A stretch of 64,000 nucleotides of DNA from Clostridia bacterium (GCA_017482055.1 JAFUOH010000013.1:3416-67415); one strand, 5' to 3'; positions 1-8,904 are shown, numbered from the stretch's first letter. Numbers and translations are program-made. The notes: a model not told the origin generated them from the letters alone.

Positions 1-1056
1 CGCCACCTTCTTCTCGCCCAAGCTCTGCAAATCAAGCTCATCGGTAGATGTCAGCGTTGCAAGGCTTTCAAGGTTAAACTTTTCAAGTCTTGCCGCAAGA
101 GTGATCTGAATCGACTTTAAGGTTTTTGCGGAACCCGATCTGTACGCCTTGTAATACTTCAAGGCGATATGCGCAGGGTTATCTGTCTCAAGCATTCCAA
201 ACAGATCATCAAGTGCGCTGCCTGCGGCTTCATTCTCCTCGTCAATGTCACCCGCGCGCAGAAGCTCCATAACCATTGGGAAGTTCTGCTCCTCGGGCGG
301 TGCTTCATATCTCAAATAGAAGATTAGCGCAAGCAATAGCATTGAAGCCGCCGTATCCCAAAATGGGTCGTTGCTCTGACTTCCCTTGGGGGTGGTGGAC
401 TTGAACAGATTAGTTACAAGTCTCTGCACGTCGTTGTCACTCTCAATATACTTGAAAGGATTGTATCTGTCCGATCTTTCCATATTGATAAGGTCAAGCA
501 CACGGACTTCATATCCTTTTTCTTTGAGCAGACCGCCCGTGTCTCTCAAGATCTCACCCTTGGGGTCAAGCACCACAAACGAAGTGTTCGCTTGCATAAT
601 GTTCGGCTTGGCATAGAAGCGTGTTTTACCCGCACCACTACCACCGACCACCAACGTGTTGAAGTTGCGACGGTGAAGCTTGGCGTTATATCCAATGCTT
701 ACGTTTTGCGTTAAGACCTTATTGTTTTCCTCGGGAGCTTGGTGATACTTCTTGTTGATCTCCTTTGCTTCACCCCACTTAGCCGAACCGTGTTCTTCAC
801 GGCGGCGGTAGTTGGGTTTGGTATAGTGATAGACAATAAGGATCAAACCGTATATTGCGGTAAACACCACAATACAGGGCAAGGTCACATCACACCAAGT
901 AAAGCGAAAGGGATGCGAAAAAGCATCCCCCATCTTTGGAATCATTACCGGAAGTCCGCCACCGAGCGTCGGTGCGATCAGAACTGCAAGCCAAACGGGT
1001 ACAAGCAATCCCACCGCACCGACAATAAGCCATAGCTTTTTATTATCGTTCTTCAC
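1..1056 (-). CDS. Type IV secretion coupling protein (VirD4/TraG/TraD family), N-terminal 352 codons; continues beyond the left edge
   Basis: Not in the ORF track because it has no stop in the window. My minus-strand translation gives (V)KNDNKKLWLIVGAVGLLVPVWLAVLIAPTLGGGLPVMIPK...CIVVFTAIYGLILIVYHY (two TM helices). It continues ...RRNFNTLVVGGSGAGKTRFYAKPNIMQANTSFVVLDPKGE (Walker A at about 617-640). The frame stays open to position 1. The start is uncertain: GTG at 1056 or TTG at 1092. The ATG at 1033 is in a different frame that closes after 41 codons. Confidence 0.85.
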   Translation of the reverse strand, partial: MKNDNKKLWLIVGAVGLLVPVWLAVLIAPTLGGGLPVMIPKMGDAFSHPFRFTWCDVTLPCIVVFTAIYGLILIVYHYTKPNYRRREEHGSAKWGEAKEINKKYHQAPEENNKVLTQNVSIGYNAKLHRRNFNTLVVGGSGAGKTRFYAKPNIMQANTSFVVLDPKGEILRDTGGLLKEKGYEVRVLDLINMERSDRYNPFKYIESDNDVQRLVTNLFKSTTPKGSQSNDPFWDTAASMLLLALIFYLRYEAPPEEQNFPMVMELLRAGDIDEENEAAGSALDDLFGMLETDNPAHIALKYYKAYRSGSAKTLKSIQITLAARLEKFNLESLATLTSTDELDLQSLGEKKVA

Positions 1057-1228
1057 GGTCTCTCTTTTTGCTCTTTTTTGTAGGTGCGTCAATGACCTTC
1101 AAGAGCACTTCATTGACGTCCTCGGTAGGCTTATTCGCAGCGATAAAATCGTTCCGTCTGTCCGCGAGTGCCTCCATCATCACGCGATGCTGAAAATCAT
1201 CGACCTCGATCACTCTGCGCTCATTCAT
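1043..1228 (-). CDS. Small conjugative-element protein, 61 aa, function unknown
   Basis: ORF of 61 aa. Its start shares one base with the stop of the upstream gene (TGATG). Weakly similar to the 55-aa ORF at 38354-38521 (F..RV..EAL..R......L..DA). Ends in ...KKRDREER. Confidence 0.55.
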   Translation of the reverse strand: MNERRVIEVDDFQHRVMMEALADRRNDFIAANKPTEDVNEVLLKVIDAPTKKSKKRDREER

Positions 1229-2178
1229 CAGCGTTCCTCCCTATTTTTGCTCCCTTTGTTCGGATTCTGCTGCTCCTTGGTCTGAGTCTGCTCAAGAGAC
1301 TCAATCATTCGGGCGGTGATGGTCTTGACATTACTGTGAACGTCACCGAGCACCTTCTTTACGTCCTCTGCCTCCATCGTTTCAATATTCTGAGGAATAC
1401 CGTAAACGTCAACGGTGCGAGTATCGACACCGTATCTCTGAGAGATCACGTAAGCGGAACATCTTGCCGCAAACTCATGCTCACCGATGCGGTAGTTCTC
1501 CACGTCCTTTGCCATTTCCGCGTGGGCAAGAGCTTTTGCAAGCGCCGGGAAGATCGCATCGAACTCCAAGCCTGCCTTGAAGTAGACAACCTTGTTCTTA
1601 GCATCGTAGATCGCATTGTGTTCGCCAAGACTTTTCTCTGCCTTGCAAACGGGAACGGGAGCATCGTGAACAAGAGCCGCAACGAGCTGTTTCTGCTCAT
1701 AGGACTTCGGCTGAGGAAGTGCATCTTCGGGAGCTTCTACGTCGGCAATGTCAAAGACGTGTTTTGCATTATATCCTCTGTGCATCTTTCCGTCGTTTCC
1801 CTTATAGGGGGAAGGCTCCAAGATCATAATGCTCTTTGCACCTTTCTTGACGGAAATATCCTCCTTGTTCCAAGCAGCCAATTCCTTTAACTTAACCGCA
1901 TCGGGCTTCTGCTCAAAGATAAGCAACGCATTGTTCAGCGAATACTTATCGAAACGGCTCTGCACGTTGAGAAACTGACGCAGGCTCTCTATGCTCGATA
2001 CTGCATTGAGGCAAGCATCGTCGATCATAGCATAGCACTGATTTTTCTTCTCTGCCATGCGCTCGGCAAAGCTCTTTTTGCCCTCTCCCTCGTCGGCAAC
2101 TTCAACCGATTCGGGTGGGACATTATTGACTTCATTTTTCTTGTTGGCTTCATTGATTACGTTTTCAAATACGCTCAT
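1228..2178 (-). CDS. Hypothetical conjugative-element protein with a possible ArdC-N-like (ssDNA-binding) module
   Basis: 316-aa ORF. The segment RFDKYSLNNALLIFEQKPDAVKLKELAAWNKEDISVKKGAKSIMILEP follows the pattern I recall for the ArdC N-terminal domain (YS..N..L...Q ... W ... V.KG.K.I.I). It is related to the N-terminus of the giant ORF at 21009. The family call is recollection-based. Confidence 0.45.
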   Translation of the reverse strand: MSVFENVINEANKKNEVNNVPPESVEVADEGEGKKSFAERMAEKKNQCYAMIDDACLNAVSSIESLRQFLNVQSRFDKYSLNNALLIFEQKPDAVKLKELAAWNKEDISVKKGAKSIMILEPSPYKGNDGKMHRGYNAKHVFDIADVEAPEDALPQPKSYEQKQLVAALVHDAPVPVCKAEKSLGEHNAIYDAKNKVVYFKAGLEFDAIFPALAKALAHAEMAKDVENYRIGEHEFAARCSAYVISQRYGVDTRTVDVYGIPQNIETMEAEDVKKVLGDVHSNVKTITARMIESLEQTQTKEQQNPNKGSKNREER

Positions 2179-2189
2179 TCTGTTTTACC

Positions 2190-2990
2190 TTACCTTTCTT
2201 TCGGTTTACTTCCCTTGCTCTTGCCGAGTTCGGGAGTCTTGGTTGTTTCCTTGGGTCTCTCGCTTCTCTTGCGATTGATCTCCTCTAACTTTTTTCTTAC
2301 GGACGGCTTACGGTCTGACTTGCCCTCGCTCTTATCATCAGATCTTTCGGGATTTTTGGTAGCCGTCGAGGATGGCTCGGACGGAAGGTTTCTTTCGGGT
2401 TCCGTTCCCTCCGGCACCCTCGTAGTTTCCGTCCGAGCCGCAGTAGGGTTTTCCATTTCGTTCTCCTCCTTTTGGATAGGCTTGCCAAGGATCTCATCGG
2501 CAAGCTTCTCGTCGGCACTCTTTTCGGGTTTGTCGTTTTCGGGAACGTCGGTCTTTCCTTCGTCCTTTTCGATCTCCTCTTTTTCACGAATGATCTCTGC
2601 GCGAAGGTCAGCCGTATTGACTCTTGCAAGATTGAATCGCTCGGTAATTCGTGCGATCTTGCTCTCGTCCTCTGCTCTGACCATAACGTCAAAGACACCG
2701 CCCGTTTTGTCTTTTTCCTTCAGCACGGTGTAGAGGATACCGTACTGCTTGGCGACCTCTTTGAATTTCGGCAGGTCGCTATCCCTAAAGGTGTAAACCT
2801 TCAAGGGCTTTCCGCTTCGGAGCATACTTTCAAGTCTCGCGGCTCCCTTTGTTTTCTTTTGCTCACGAGCAATCGAATACAAAAGAACAGCGGCGTTCTT
2901 CGCACCGCTACCCGAGAGCTTGACAAGAACCTCCGCGCCGTTCAGCATCATCCTCATGACCTGATCAGCAGCTTCTCCGGATGTGTTCAT
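2190..2990 (-). CDS. pcfB: PcfB family protein (DUF3801-like)
   Basis: The N-terminal 130 aa (QVMRMMLNGAEVLVKLSGSGAKNAAVLLYSIAREQKKTKGAARLESMLRSGKPLKVYTF...YGILYTVLKEKD) match the PcfB pattern seen next to relaxases in Firmicutes elements. The C-terminal half is low-complexity and charged. There is a 4-nt ATGA overlap with the relaxase stop. Confidence 0.7.
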   Translation of the reverse strand: MNTSGEAADQVMRMMLNGAEVLVKLSGSGAKNAAVLLYSIAREQKKTKGAARLESMLRSGKPLKVYTFRDSDLPKFKEVAKQYGILYTVLKEKDKTGGVFDVMVRAEDESKIARITERFNLARVNTADLRAEIIREKEEIEKDEGKTDVPENDKPEKSADEKLADEILGKPIQKEENEMENPTAARTETTRVPEGTEPERNLPSEPSSTATKNPERSDDKSEGKSDRKPSVRKKLEEINRKRSERPKETTKTPELGKSKGSKPKER

Positions 2991-4321
2991 CTCTTGTCCT
3001 CTCTTTCGTTAGTTTTTGTTTTCGCATCGTTGGTATCTCTCCTTTGAAGATTCTTGTCGGGAATGTGAATCGTGTTGACCACCGCCTCAACAACACCGCT
3101 TCTTGCCGCAATGTCCTCGCAGAGTTTCATCTGCTTTCGTAGATCTGCCATCTGCGAAGATAACTCTGAGATCTCGTCCTTTATCGGTTGCATCGTCTCG
3201 GTATCGTGCATACGGCGAAGCTTGTTGCGGAGCTTGGCTCTCTTATATGCGAGTTCCTTAAACTTGTTGGATAACCCCTCGGTAAACAAAGAAAGCTCCT
3301 CGGCAGTATTGATGTTATACTTACCAAGAAGCTTTGCTTCCTCCGAATACATACGCGCACGTTTCACATCTTCCTTGATAACCGCGTATGCTTCACGATT
3401 ATTCGGTCTTTCTTTTGGCAGAGCACCAAGAAGATAACAATAATGGATATACAACGCATACAGACCTTTCGGTTTTTCTCTCGGCACATACGCCATATAC
3501 GGAATGACACGACGATTTCTCGCGTTATCTATGATTCGCTCCTTCACATCCTCCAAGGTGTATCCCTCTCCGAGCTTATCCATACGGAAGAACTTTTTAC
3601 TCGCGTCGGGACGTATGCGAAGATACTGCCCTCTCCACTCAAGCGTGTATCCGAGTGCTTGAAAAAGGTTCTCGAACATTCTGAAACTCGTACTGTGCTT
3701 GATTGCAATATCCATATCCCGACGTATGATTCCTCGCACGGTCGGTCTACCTTCTTGCTCGGCTTTGAGCTCACCGATGTGTCGGGTCTTTCCCCTCTGT
3801 GGGTTCTTGATTACGGATAGTCCGTGCTCTTGACACAATCGGTCGGAAACCTCGCGCATCCTGCGGTAGTTATCTCCGTCAGCATGAAATCTTCGTCCAT
3901 CAAAACCCGTCGCACATATCGCGTAGTGGTTATGAACGTGTCGGGTATTGAGGTGGGTTGTGACAAGCACCGGAAAGTTTTCTCCCCACATTTCTTTTGC
4001 GAAGGCGATACCGATAGCGTGTGCGGTTTTCGGATCGACTTCATCTTCCGCAAAGCTCTGATAGGCGTGATAGGCAACGCGATCCGAGTTGGTGGGATAG
4101 GTTGAAAGATTTTTGTTCATCACACTCAAAACATTTTCGGGTGTGCAACCTATTCCCGTAACGTACAACCTCTGCTCTGTTTTACTCTCATCGGCATCAT
4201 ACCAAATAAGATTTTTGAGAGCTTCGCTTGTTTCGTTCTCGGTGGTCTTATCGAGATCACAGACATACTCAATCAGTTGTCGGAGTCGTTCCTTGACCGC
4301 CCATATCTTCGTTGTAGCCAA
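2987..4321 (-). CDS. MOB relaxase (MobA/VirD2-type relaxase/mobilisation nuclease domain)
   Basis: N-terminal MATTKIWAVKERL..., then a YHAYQSF (catalytic Tyr region) and the His-rich metal motif THLNTRHVHNHYAI. The start codon is TTG at 4321, with GAGGTG 9 nt upstream. It overlaps the MobC 3' end by 53 nt. Confidence 0.85.
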   Translation of the reverse strand: MATTKIWAVKERLRQLIEYVCDLDKTTENETSEALKNLIWYDADESKTEQRLYVTGIGCTPENVLSVMNKNLSTYPTNSDRVAYHAYQSFAEDEVDPKTAHAIGIAFAKEMWGENFPVLVTTHLNTRHVHNHYAICATGFDGRRFHADGDNYRRMREVSDRLCQEHGLSVIKNPQRGKTRHIGELKAEQEGRPTVRGIIRRDMDIAIKHSTSFRMFENLFQALGYTLEWRGQYLRIRPDASKKFFRMDKLGEGYTLEDVKERIIDNARNRRVIPYMAYVPREKPKGLYALYIHYCYLLGALPKERPNNREAYAVIKEDVKRARMYSEEAKLLGKYNINTAEELSLFTEGLSNKFKELAYKRAKLRNKLRRMHDTETMQPIKDEISELSSQMADLRKQMKLCEDIAARSGVVEAVVNTIHIPDKNLQRRDTNDAKTKTNEREDKR

Positions 4322-4664
4322 ACTTCACACCACCTCTCACAAGCTGTTCCGAGAGACTTGCAACACAACGCCAAATCTTATCTGCGTTGGCTTGATACTC
4401 TCTGTCATCGACAAAGCCGAGCGAATGAGCCTTACTTGCAATCTGATTCATATTGACACCGATCTTTTGGAGTTCCCAAATCACTTGCGAATATTCTGCG
4501 GGAGGAAAAGCGACGGGGGTAAATCCGTTTATCAGTTCACGCAAGTAAGCATTCATCGTTCTTTTCGATGCTGATGACCATTCGCACAATCTCTGATACT
4601 CATCATCGTTAAGTCGAATGGTAATACGATGCTTGCGACTACGGTTTGCATCAAACTTATTCAT
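4269..4664 (-). CDS. mobC: MobC-family relaxosome accessory protein (ribbon-helix-helix)
   Basis: The sequence RKHRITIRLNDDEYQRLCEWSSASKRTMNAYLRELING...VIWELQKIGVNMNQIA is typical of plasmid mobilisation MobC proteins. It lies immediately upstream of the relaxase. Confidence 0.75.
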   Translation of the reverse strand: MNKFDANRSRKHRITIRLNDDEYQRLCEWSSASKRTMNAYLRELINGFTPVAFPPAEYSQVIWELQKIGVNMNQIASKAHSLGFVDDREYQANADKIWRCVASLSEQLVRGGVKFGYNEDMGGQGTTPTTD

Positions 4665-4777
4665 TCATTTTTGCGGCGGGGTCTTAGGGGCTGTCCCCTC
4701 ACAAGTAAGCGTTTGGGCGTCCAACCGCGATGCTTGCTAAGACTGAAAGACAGCTCCTCCCCGTCGCCGTCCTCCTT

Positions 4778-4975
4778 TCATCGCTCGTAAGACTCGCGTT
4801 TTCTTGCAGGTGATACTGCATTGAACTCTACGCCTTTGAAATCTTCCGCATCAAGAATATATTCGGAATTGTGCCAAGCATCTGACACGATCTGCTCCGC
4901 TTCGTCTCTGTCCTCTGCTTCGACTTCGACTACTTTTTCAAGAGTTTCGGTAATCTTTACCTTGTAGGTTTTCAT
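4778..4975 (-). CDS. DpnD/PcfM-like small protein
   Basis: 65 aa: MKTYKVKITETLEKVVEVEAEDRDEAEQIVSDAWHNSEYILDAEDFKGVEF. This is the beta-alpha-beta pattern I recall for DpnD/PcfM-like proteins of conjugative elements. Confidence 0.6.
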   Translation of the reverse strand: MKTYKVKITETLEKVVEVEAEDRDEAEQIVSDAWHNSEYILDAEDFKGVEFNAVSPARKRESYER

Positions 4976-4984
4976 TGATTCACC

Positions 4985-5509
4985 TCACTCTGCGTGTCTC
5001 AAGGAGTAGATTTCTTCGTCGAGCTCGTCCAAGAAATCTTCCGAATCAAGTACCATATCGGTGGGGATCTTCTTGCCGAGAGGATAGCGATAGATCATGC
5101 TTGCTTCGCTAATCGGATCACTCATCATACAGAAATAAGTGAACACGATACGCATATCGTCAAGCAACCACATCTCATACCCTTCGCAGAAATCATCATC
5201 GGCACAGCAACCTGCGATAACGAAATCATTGAGGAGAAACCCTTTGTTGCCAAACAGATTGTTGTGCTTCACGTTGAAGCTGAACTCCTCCATTCCTTCG
5301 ATCTCGCAACCACATACCGGGCGGAACTTCCAATCGAGCAACGGGTCAAAGTCCGCAAATCCATTGAGATAATCGTCAATGGTATCTGCGATAAACTTGT
5401 TCTCGTCTCTCTGCATCAGCACCTTGCGGAGCTTCTTCTTGAACTTCAAATGGTTCTTGGTATCCTTCGATACTTCATCTGTTTTGATCTGAATTTTCAC
5501 GGTTCTCAT
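4985..5509 (-). CDS. Hypothetical protein (174 aa), Cys-containing, function unknown
   Basis: Long ORF in an operon context. Its start is uncertain because it overlaps the upstream Toprim gene by 35 nt. I recognise no family. Confidence 0.5.
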   Translation of the reverse strand: MRTVKIQIKTDEVSKDTKNHLKFKKKLRKVLMQRDENKFIADTIDDYLNGFADFDPLLDWKFRPVCGCEIEGMEEFSFNVKHNNLFGNKGFLLNDFVIAGCCADDDFCEGYEMWLLDDMRIVFTYFCMMSDPISEASMIYRYPLGKKIPTDMVLDSEDFLDELDEEIYSLRHAE

Positions 5510-6452
5510 TCCTTTCGTTTTTGAAATTGATTTGTTTGGTTATCATTAGATAATCGTTGTAGTCCTTACCTTCGGGCGGAGGAATATATCGTACTTCGTA
5601 CTTTCCTCCGAGAATAACTTGCAGGGCATCAGCACCTCTCTGTCCCGCGAAATCGTTATCAAGATAAAGACAAATCTTCTTTGTGTTTGGGTGAGTTGCA
5701 AGATAATGTTCAAGCGGCATCGGTATCGTGGATTCTTCGATTTTCTTTTTCGGTAGATATATTCCCGAGAGAGATATGAGGTTTTCCGTTCGATAATCTT
5801 TTCCGATCTCCTTAAGCATCGTGGCGTATGACAGCAGATCTATCGCACTTTCAAAGACTCTGACCGTTAGATTTTCATCGTTGGATGCGATCTTGAAAGC
5901 GTATCTTTTGTCACTTCCCGCCATATCTTTTTTACCCGAGCTACCATCGGTCTCACGCGAACAGCAATGCTTGAGGTCTCCCTTTTCATCGAACCCAAGG
6001 AACAATACCGCACCACTTCTTGCGTGTTCGGTAATCATTCCTTGCTCGACACATTCATTGATGATCCCTTCATCAATGCCACGGGCAAGCAAATATTTCT
6101 TTGCTTGGTTGAGCATTGGAGTGTGTATCGGCATATAAACTCTTTCGTAAGTTTTCTTTGGTTTGGGCGAAATAAATGACGGTATTTCTACCGCCTTACC
6201 CATAACTGATTCAACTGCCGATAAGAAATCCATTCCTCGGACTTTGATAAGATAGTCAAGTGCAGATGCGCCGCCGATTCCCCTCGACCACCAAAACCAC
6301 TTACCGTTTGAGATCTTGAGTGAGTCGTGAGAACGAGTGCAGTATTCATTCCCGTCACACTTTACAAGTTCACTTGGATCGGTAGCTTTGAGATAAGAAA
6401 GAAGATCAACCTTTCGTGCTTCTGCAACTATCTCGGGTTGAATATACGCCAT
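5475..6452 (-). CDS. DUF3991 + Toprim domain protein (conjugative primase-like)
   Basis: The N-terminal VDLLSYL....C..HDSLKISNGKWFWWSRGIGGASALDYLIKVRGMDF is DUF3991-like. The C-terminal region has a Toprim-like acidic motif, ICLYLDNDFAGQRGADAL. Confidence 0.7.
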   Translation of the reverse strand: MAYIQPEIVAEARKVDLLSYLKATDPSELVKCDGNEYCTRSHDSLKISNGKWFWWSRGIGGASALDYLIKVRGMDFLSAVESVMGKAVEIPSFISPKPKKTYERVYMPIHTPMLNQAKKYLLARGIDEGIINECVEQGMITEHARSGAVLFLGFDEKGDLKHCCSRETDGSSGKKDMAGSDKRYAFKIASNDENLTVRVFESAIDLLSYATMLKEIGKDYRTENLISLSGIYLPKKKIEESTIPMPLEHYLATHPNTKKICLYLDNDFAGQRGADALQVILGGKYEVRYIPPPEGKDYNDYLMITKQINFKNERNENRENSDQNR

Positions 6453-6454
6453 AG

Positions 6455-6841
6455 TTACCTTTCGTCTCGCTCTCGCGCTTTTCTTTCTTGAACTTCTTTC
6501 TTGAACTCCTCGCGCGAGATCTCGTTTGCTTTACACTCGATTGCCCTTCTAACGGTGTCCATGTGATTCTTTTCAAAGTCCTCCCACTTGCCAAAGATCT
6601 CATCAAGTGCGTTCTCGGATTTCAAAAGAGCTTGCGCTTGTCTTGCGTGAATACTTCCACACTCAATAGCGATCACGATGTCTGAACGAACTGCATAGGC
6701 ATAAGCGTGTTCAAGCAACTGTTCGGGAGGCAGCATAAGCAAATTATTCTTGTACTCCTCAAACTCTGTGCTGACCTTTTCATAAAGTTCAGCATTAAGT
6801 TCTTCTGCTGTTTTCGGTCTTTCACCGAGCATTTTCATCAC
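6455..6841 (-). CDS. DUF3848-like conjugative-element protein
   Basis: LYEKVSTEFEEYKNNLLMLPPEQLLEHAYAYAVRSDIVIAIE matches my recollection of DUF3848 proteins. The annotated start at 6841 is GTG. The ATGs at 6838 and 6832 are alternative starts. Confidence 0.55.
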   Translation of the reverse strand: MMKMLGERPKTAEELNAELYEKVSTEFEEYKNNLLMLPPEQLLEHAYAYAVRSDIVIAIECGSIHARQAQALLKSENALDEIFGKWEDFEKNHMDTVRRAIECKANEISREEFKKEVQERKARERDER

Positions 6842-6850
6842 CTCGCTTTA

Positions 6851-7015
6851 TCAAAAATATCCTTCGATCTTGCACTCTTTCACTTCTGTTTCGTGATACA
6901 AGATACGTTCTTCCGACACGGCTTCAGCGGCTTTTGCCTTTGCTTCTTCTTCGCAATCGGCTTCAACTTCGATATATCCGGTCTGTACGATTGTAACGGC
7001 TACTCCATATTTCAT
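6851..7015 (-). CDS. Small DpnD/PcfM-like protein, 54 aa (below the ORF-track cutoff)
   Basis: My translation is MKYGVAVTIVQTGYIEVEADCEEEAKAKAAEAVSEERILYHETEVKECKIEGYF. The ATG at 7015 is preceded by GAGGAGGAAGGGGCG. It has the same fold-like pattern as the 4778-4975 protein. Confidence 0.55.
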   Translation of the reverse strand: MKYGVAVTIVQTGYIEVEADCEEEAKAKAAEAVSEERILYHETEVKECKIEGYF

Positions 7016-7044
7016 CGCCCCTTCCTCCTCTCTTGGAAATAAAA

Positions 7045-7111
7045 ATAGCCGAGAGAATTAAGGTGCTAATCCTCTCGGCTATGTAAAATGGGCGGTAGAC
7101 AAATACCGCCC
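7045..7111 (-). terminator. Two consecutive GC-rich hairpins ending the resistance operon
   Basis: Hairpin 1 is GGGCGGTA-6nt-TACCGCCC (7090-7111). Hairpin 2 is ATAGCCGAGAG-16nt-CTCTCGGCTAT (7045-7082). On the minus strand hairpin 2 is followed by TTTTATTT. Confidence 0.6.
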
Positions 7112-7155
7112 TTGACTATTCAATTTTAATAAACTGTTCGATAAATTGGAATTTG

Positions 7156-8028
7156 TCAATACCTATTACCATAAAGATATTTATTTGAAATTCTCTTTTG
7201 TGTTTCCAAATATTTTGTAACGTTTTCATCATAATCAGGATAATTATAACCAAGTGAATCTGCCACTTTTTTAGATATTTTTTTGAACAAACATAGACAC
7301 AAATCAAACGATTTCCACATTTCTTCATACGAACTCATTGAATATGTATTTAGTAAGTTATCCCACAATTCTTTTGAAATATGCTTATCTAAAAATTTAT
7401 AGTTTTTACCCAAACTGAAATTAAATCCTTTTTCAGTACCGACATACCAACTAATCATCCTAAGAAGCTCATGACGTAATACTTCATTCATATGGTCTAT
7501 TGCAAATAGTATTTCACCACGAAGTAAGCCCTTGGATACATATGTTGCAACATTCCAAAATTCGTTACAACAGTCATCAAACTTTCTTTCTGTTGGACAC
7601 TTAATGTAATAATCTTCATCTGTGGGAACTATTTCTGTTTTAATCATATTATCTTTATCTAACATGATTTTTACAAGTTTATCGCGAGTAAGATACTCCT
7701 CAAGCATTGAAACAGGTAACAAAGTTAAATCAATCTTTACACCATCATCAAAAAGCATTATATAAGAAAATCCTTTTTCTTCTGGAGGAAATAATTCCAT
7801 ATCTTCAGGTTTTTGCATCATAATTCTGTTACCAAAAACACTAAGCCAGTCATCGCTTTTCAAAAATTCTCCCATATCTATAACAAAAAAAGTAATATCA
7901 TAATCTTGAAGATTGTCTTTTGGTATATTAACATTAGTGCGAGACCCCTCAAGAGTTACAATTCTAATTCTCTCATCTTGAAAAGCAAAATTCAAAACTA
8001 AATCGTATATTTCTTTTTCAGTCCTCAT
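7156..8028 (-). CDS. ant(6): Aminoglycoside 6-nucleotidyltransferase ANT(6) (streptomycin resistance, AadE family)
   Basis: MRTEKEIYDLVLNFAFQDERIRIVTLEGSRTNVNIPKD..QDYDITFFV...IMMQKPEDMELFPPEEKGFSYIMLFDD..KIDLTLLP...DDCCNEFWNV...ILFAIDH...RHELLRMISW is near-colinear with ANT(6)-Ia as I recall it. The start is taken as the ATG at 8028, with GAGGTG 6 nt upstream. The track start at 8037 is GTG. Confidence 0.9.
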   Translation of the reverse strand: MRTEKEIYDLVLNFAFQDERIRIVTLEGSRTNVNIPKDNLQDYDITFFVIDMGEFLKSDDWLSVFGNRIMMQKPEDMELFPPEEKGFSYIMLFDDGVKIDLTLLPVSMLEEYLTRDKLVKIMLDKDNMIKTEIVPTDEDYYIKCPTERKFDDCCNEFWNVATYVSKGLLRGEILFAIDHMNEVLRHELLRMISWYVGTEKGFNFSLGKNYKFLDKHISKELWDNLLNTYSMSSYEEMWKSFDLCLCLFKKISKKVADSLGYNYPDYDENVTKYLETQKRISNKYLYGNRY

Positions 8029-8081
8029 TTCATTCACCTCAATAAAATTATATCACAAAAAAAGATTGATTCTAACTGTTC

Positions 8082-8849
8082 TTATAATTTGATAACCGCA
8101 TCAAGGCAGAGCGTAAGTGCATATTCGTATGCATTACCGCCCCAGTTTCTTTCGTCGTATTTGTCAACATCTGCAAGACTGTCTGCGGTATAAAGTATCA
8201 TACCCCAGGTTGCCCCTCTGAAATCAGCACAGGCCGCCAGAGCAGAACATTCCATTTCTACAACTGCACAGCCTTCACTTTTGCGATAAGCCACCTTTTC
8301 TTTGGTTTCACGGAAAAATCCATCCGTTGACCAGGTTATAACCTCCTGATATTTCATACTATGCTCAAGAATGGTTTCTTCAATTGCTTTTCTTGCCTTC
8401 TCGCTGATTTCCACAAATCGAGAAGGGGGCGCATAGTGATAAGATGTTCCCTCATCACGCAGAGCCTTGTTTGGTACGAGGAATGTACTTTCGGGGAACT
8501 TTTCCAGAGCACCGCAACTACCTGCCGAGATTACCTCTCTTACACCATAACCAATCAGCCAATCAAGTATCTGTGTGGCTGCTGCCGCACCAACGGGTGC
8601 TTGACAAAGCACAATGTCCTCACCCTTGTATTTGGTGATGTAAATGGGATAATGCTTCGTTGCACTCTCAAAAGTGGATACCTGTTTGGTATCACTTTTA
8701 CTGGCATATTCATCTATGTAAGCACCAAGAAATGCGAACACACATTTCTTGGGTAAGTTCAAACCAAGATTTTCATGAGTGGGATTAAGAACTGCTGTCT
8801 GCTCTGTATCAAACTCCAAAATCGGTATTTCGTTTTTAATAATAGCCAT
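8082..8849 (-). CDS. Nucleoside phosphorylase superfamily protein (PNP/UDP-1 fold, uridine-phosphorylase-like)
   Basis: 255 aa. The sequences ...VLCQAPVGAAAATQILDWLIGYGVREVISAGSCGAL... and ...AVVEMECSALAACA.. are typical of PNP_UDP_1 enzymes. The substrate is unknown. Confidence 0.65.
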   Translation of the reverse strand: MAIIKNEIPILEFDTEQTAVLNPTHENLGLNLPKKCVFAFLGAYIDEYASKSDTKQVSTFESATKHYPIYITKYKGEDIVLCQAPVGAAAATQILDWLIGYGVREVISAGSCGALEKFPESTFLVPNKALRDEGTSYHYAPPSRFVEISEKARKAIEETILEHSMKYQEVITWSTDGFFRETKEKVAYRKSEGCAVVEMECSALAACADFRGATWGMILYTADSLADVDKYDERNWGGNAYEYALTLCLDAVIKL

Positions 8850-8861
8850 ACTATCTCTCCG

Positions 8862-8904
8862 TCAAATTCTTATTTTCCTAACTGTTCGACCTATTGGAAT
8901 TTGT
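8862..8904. repeat. 43-bp cassette-junction repeat, copy 1
   Basis: TCAAATTCTTATTTTCCTAACTGTTCGACCTATTGGAATTTGT, identical (43/43) to 9980-10022. It lies between the stop of the MBL gene and the start of the phosphorylase gene. On the coding strand it has 7-bp terminal inverted repeats, CAAATTC...GAATTTG. Confidence 0.9.

Noticed and set aside
386-1035. Plus-strand ORFs 386-616 and 739-1035, and the minus-strand ATG at 1033
   Set aside because: The plus-strand ORFs are antisense to the coupling-protein gene. The ATG at 1033 is in a frame that hits a stop after 41 codons. The real frame (TM helices, Walker A) starts upstream at GTG 1056 or TTG 1092.
7116-7328. 70-aa minus-strand ORF at the 3' end of ant(6)
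   Set aside because: It is an alternative frame within the well-supported ANT(6) gene, with an AT-rich nonsense translation.
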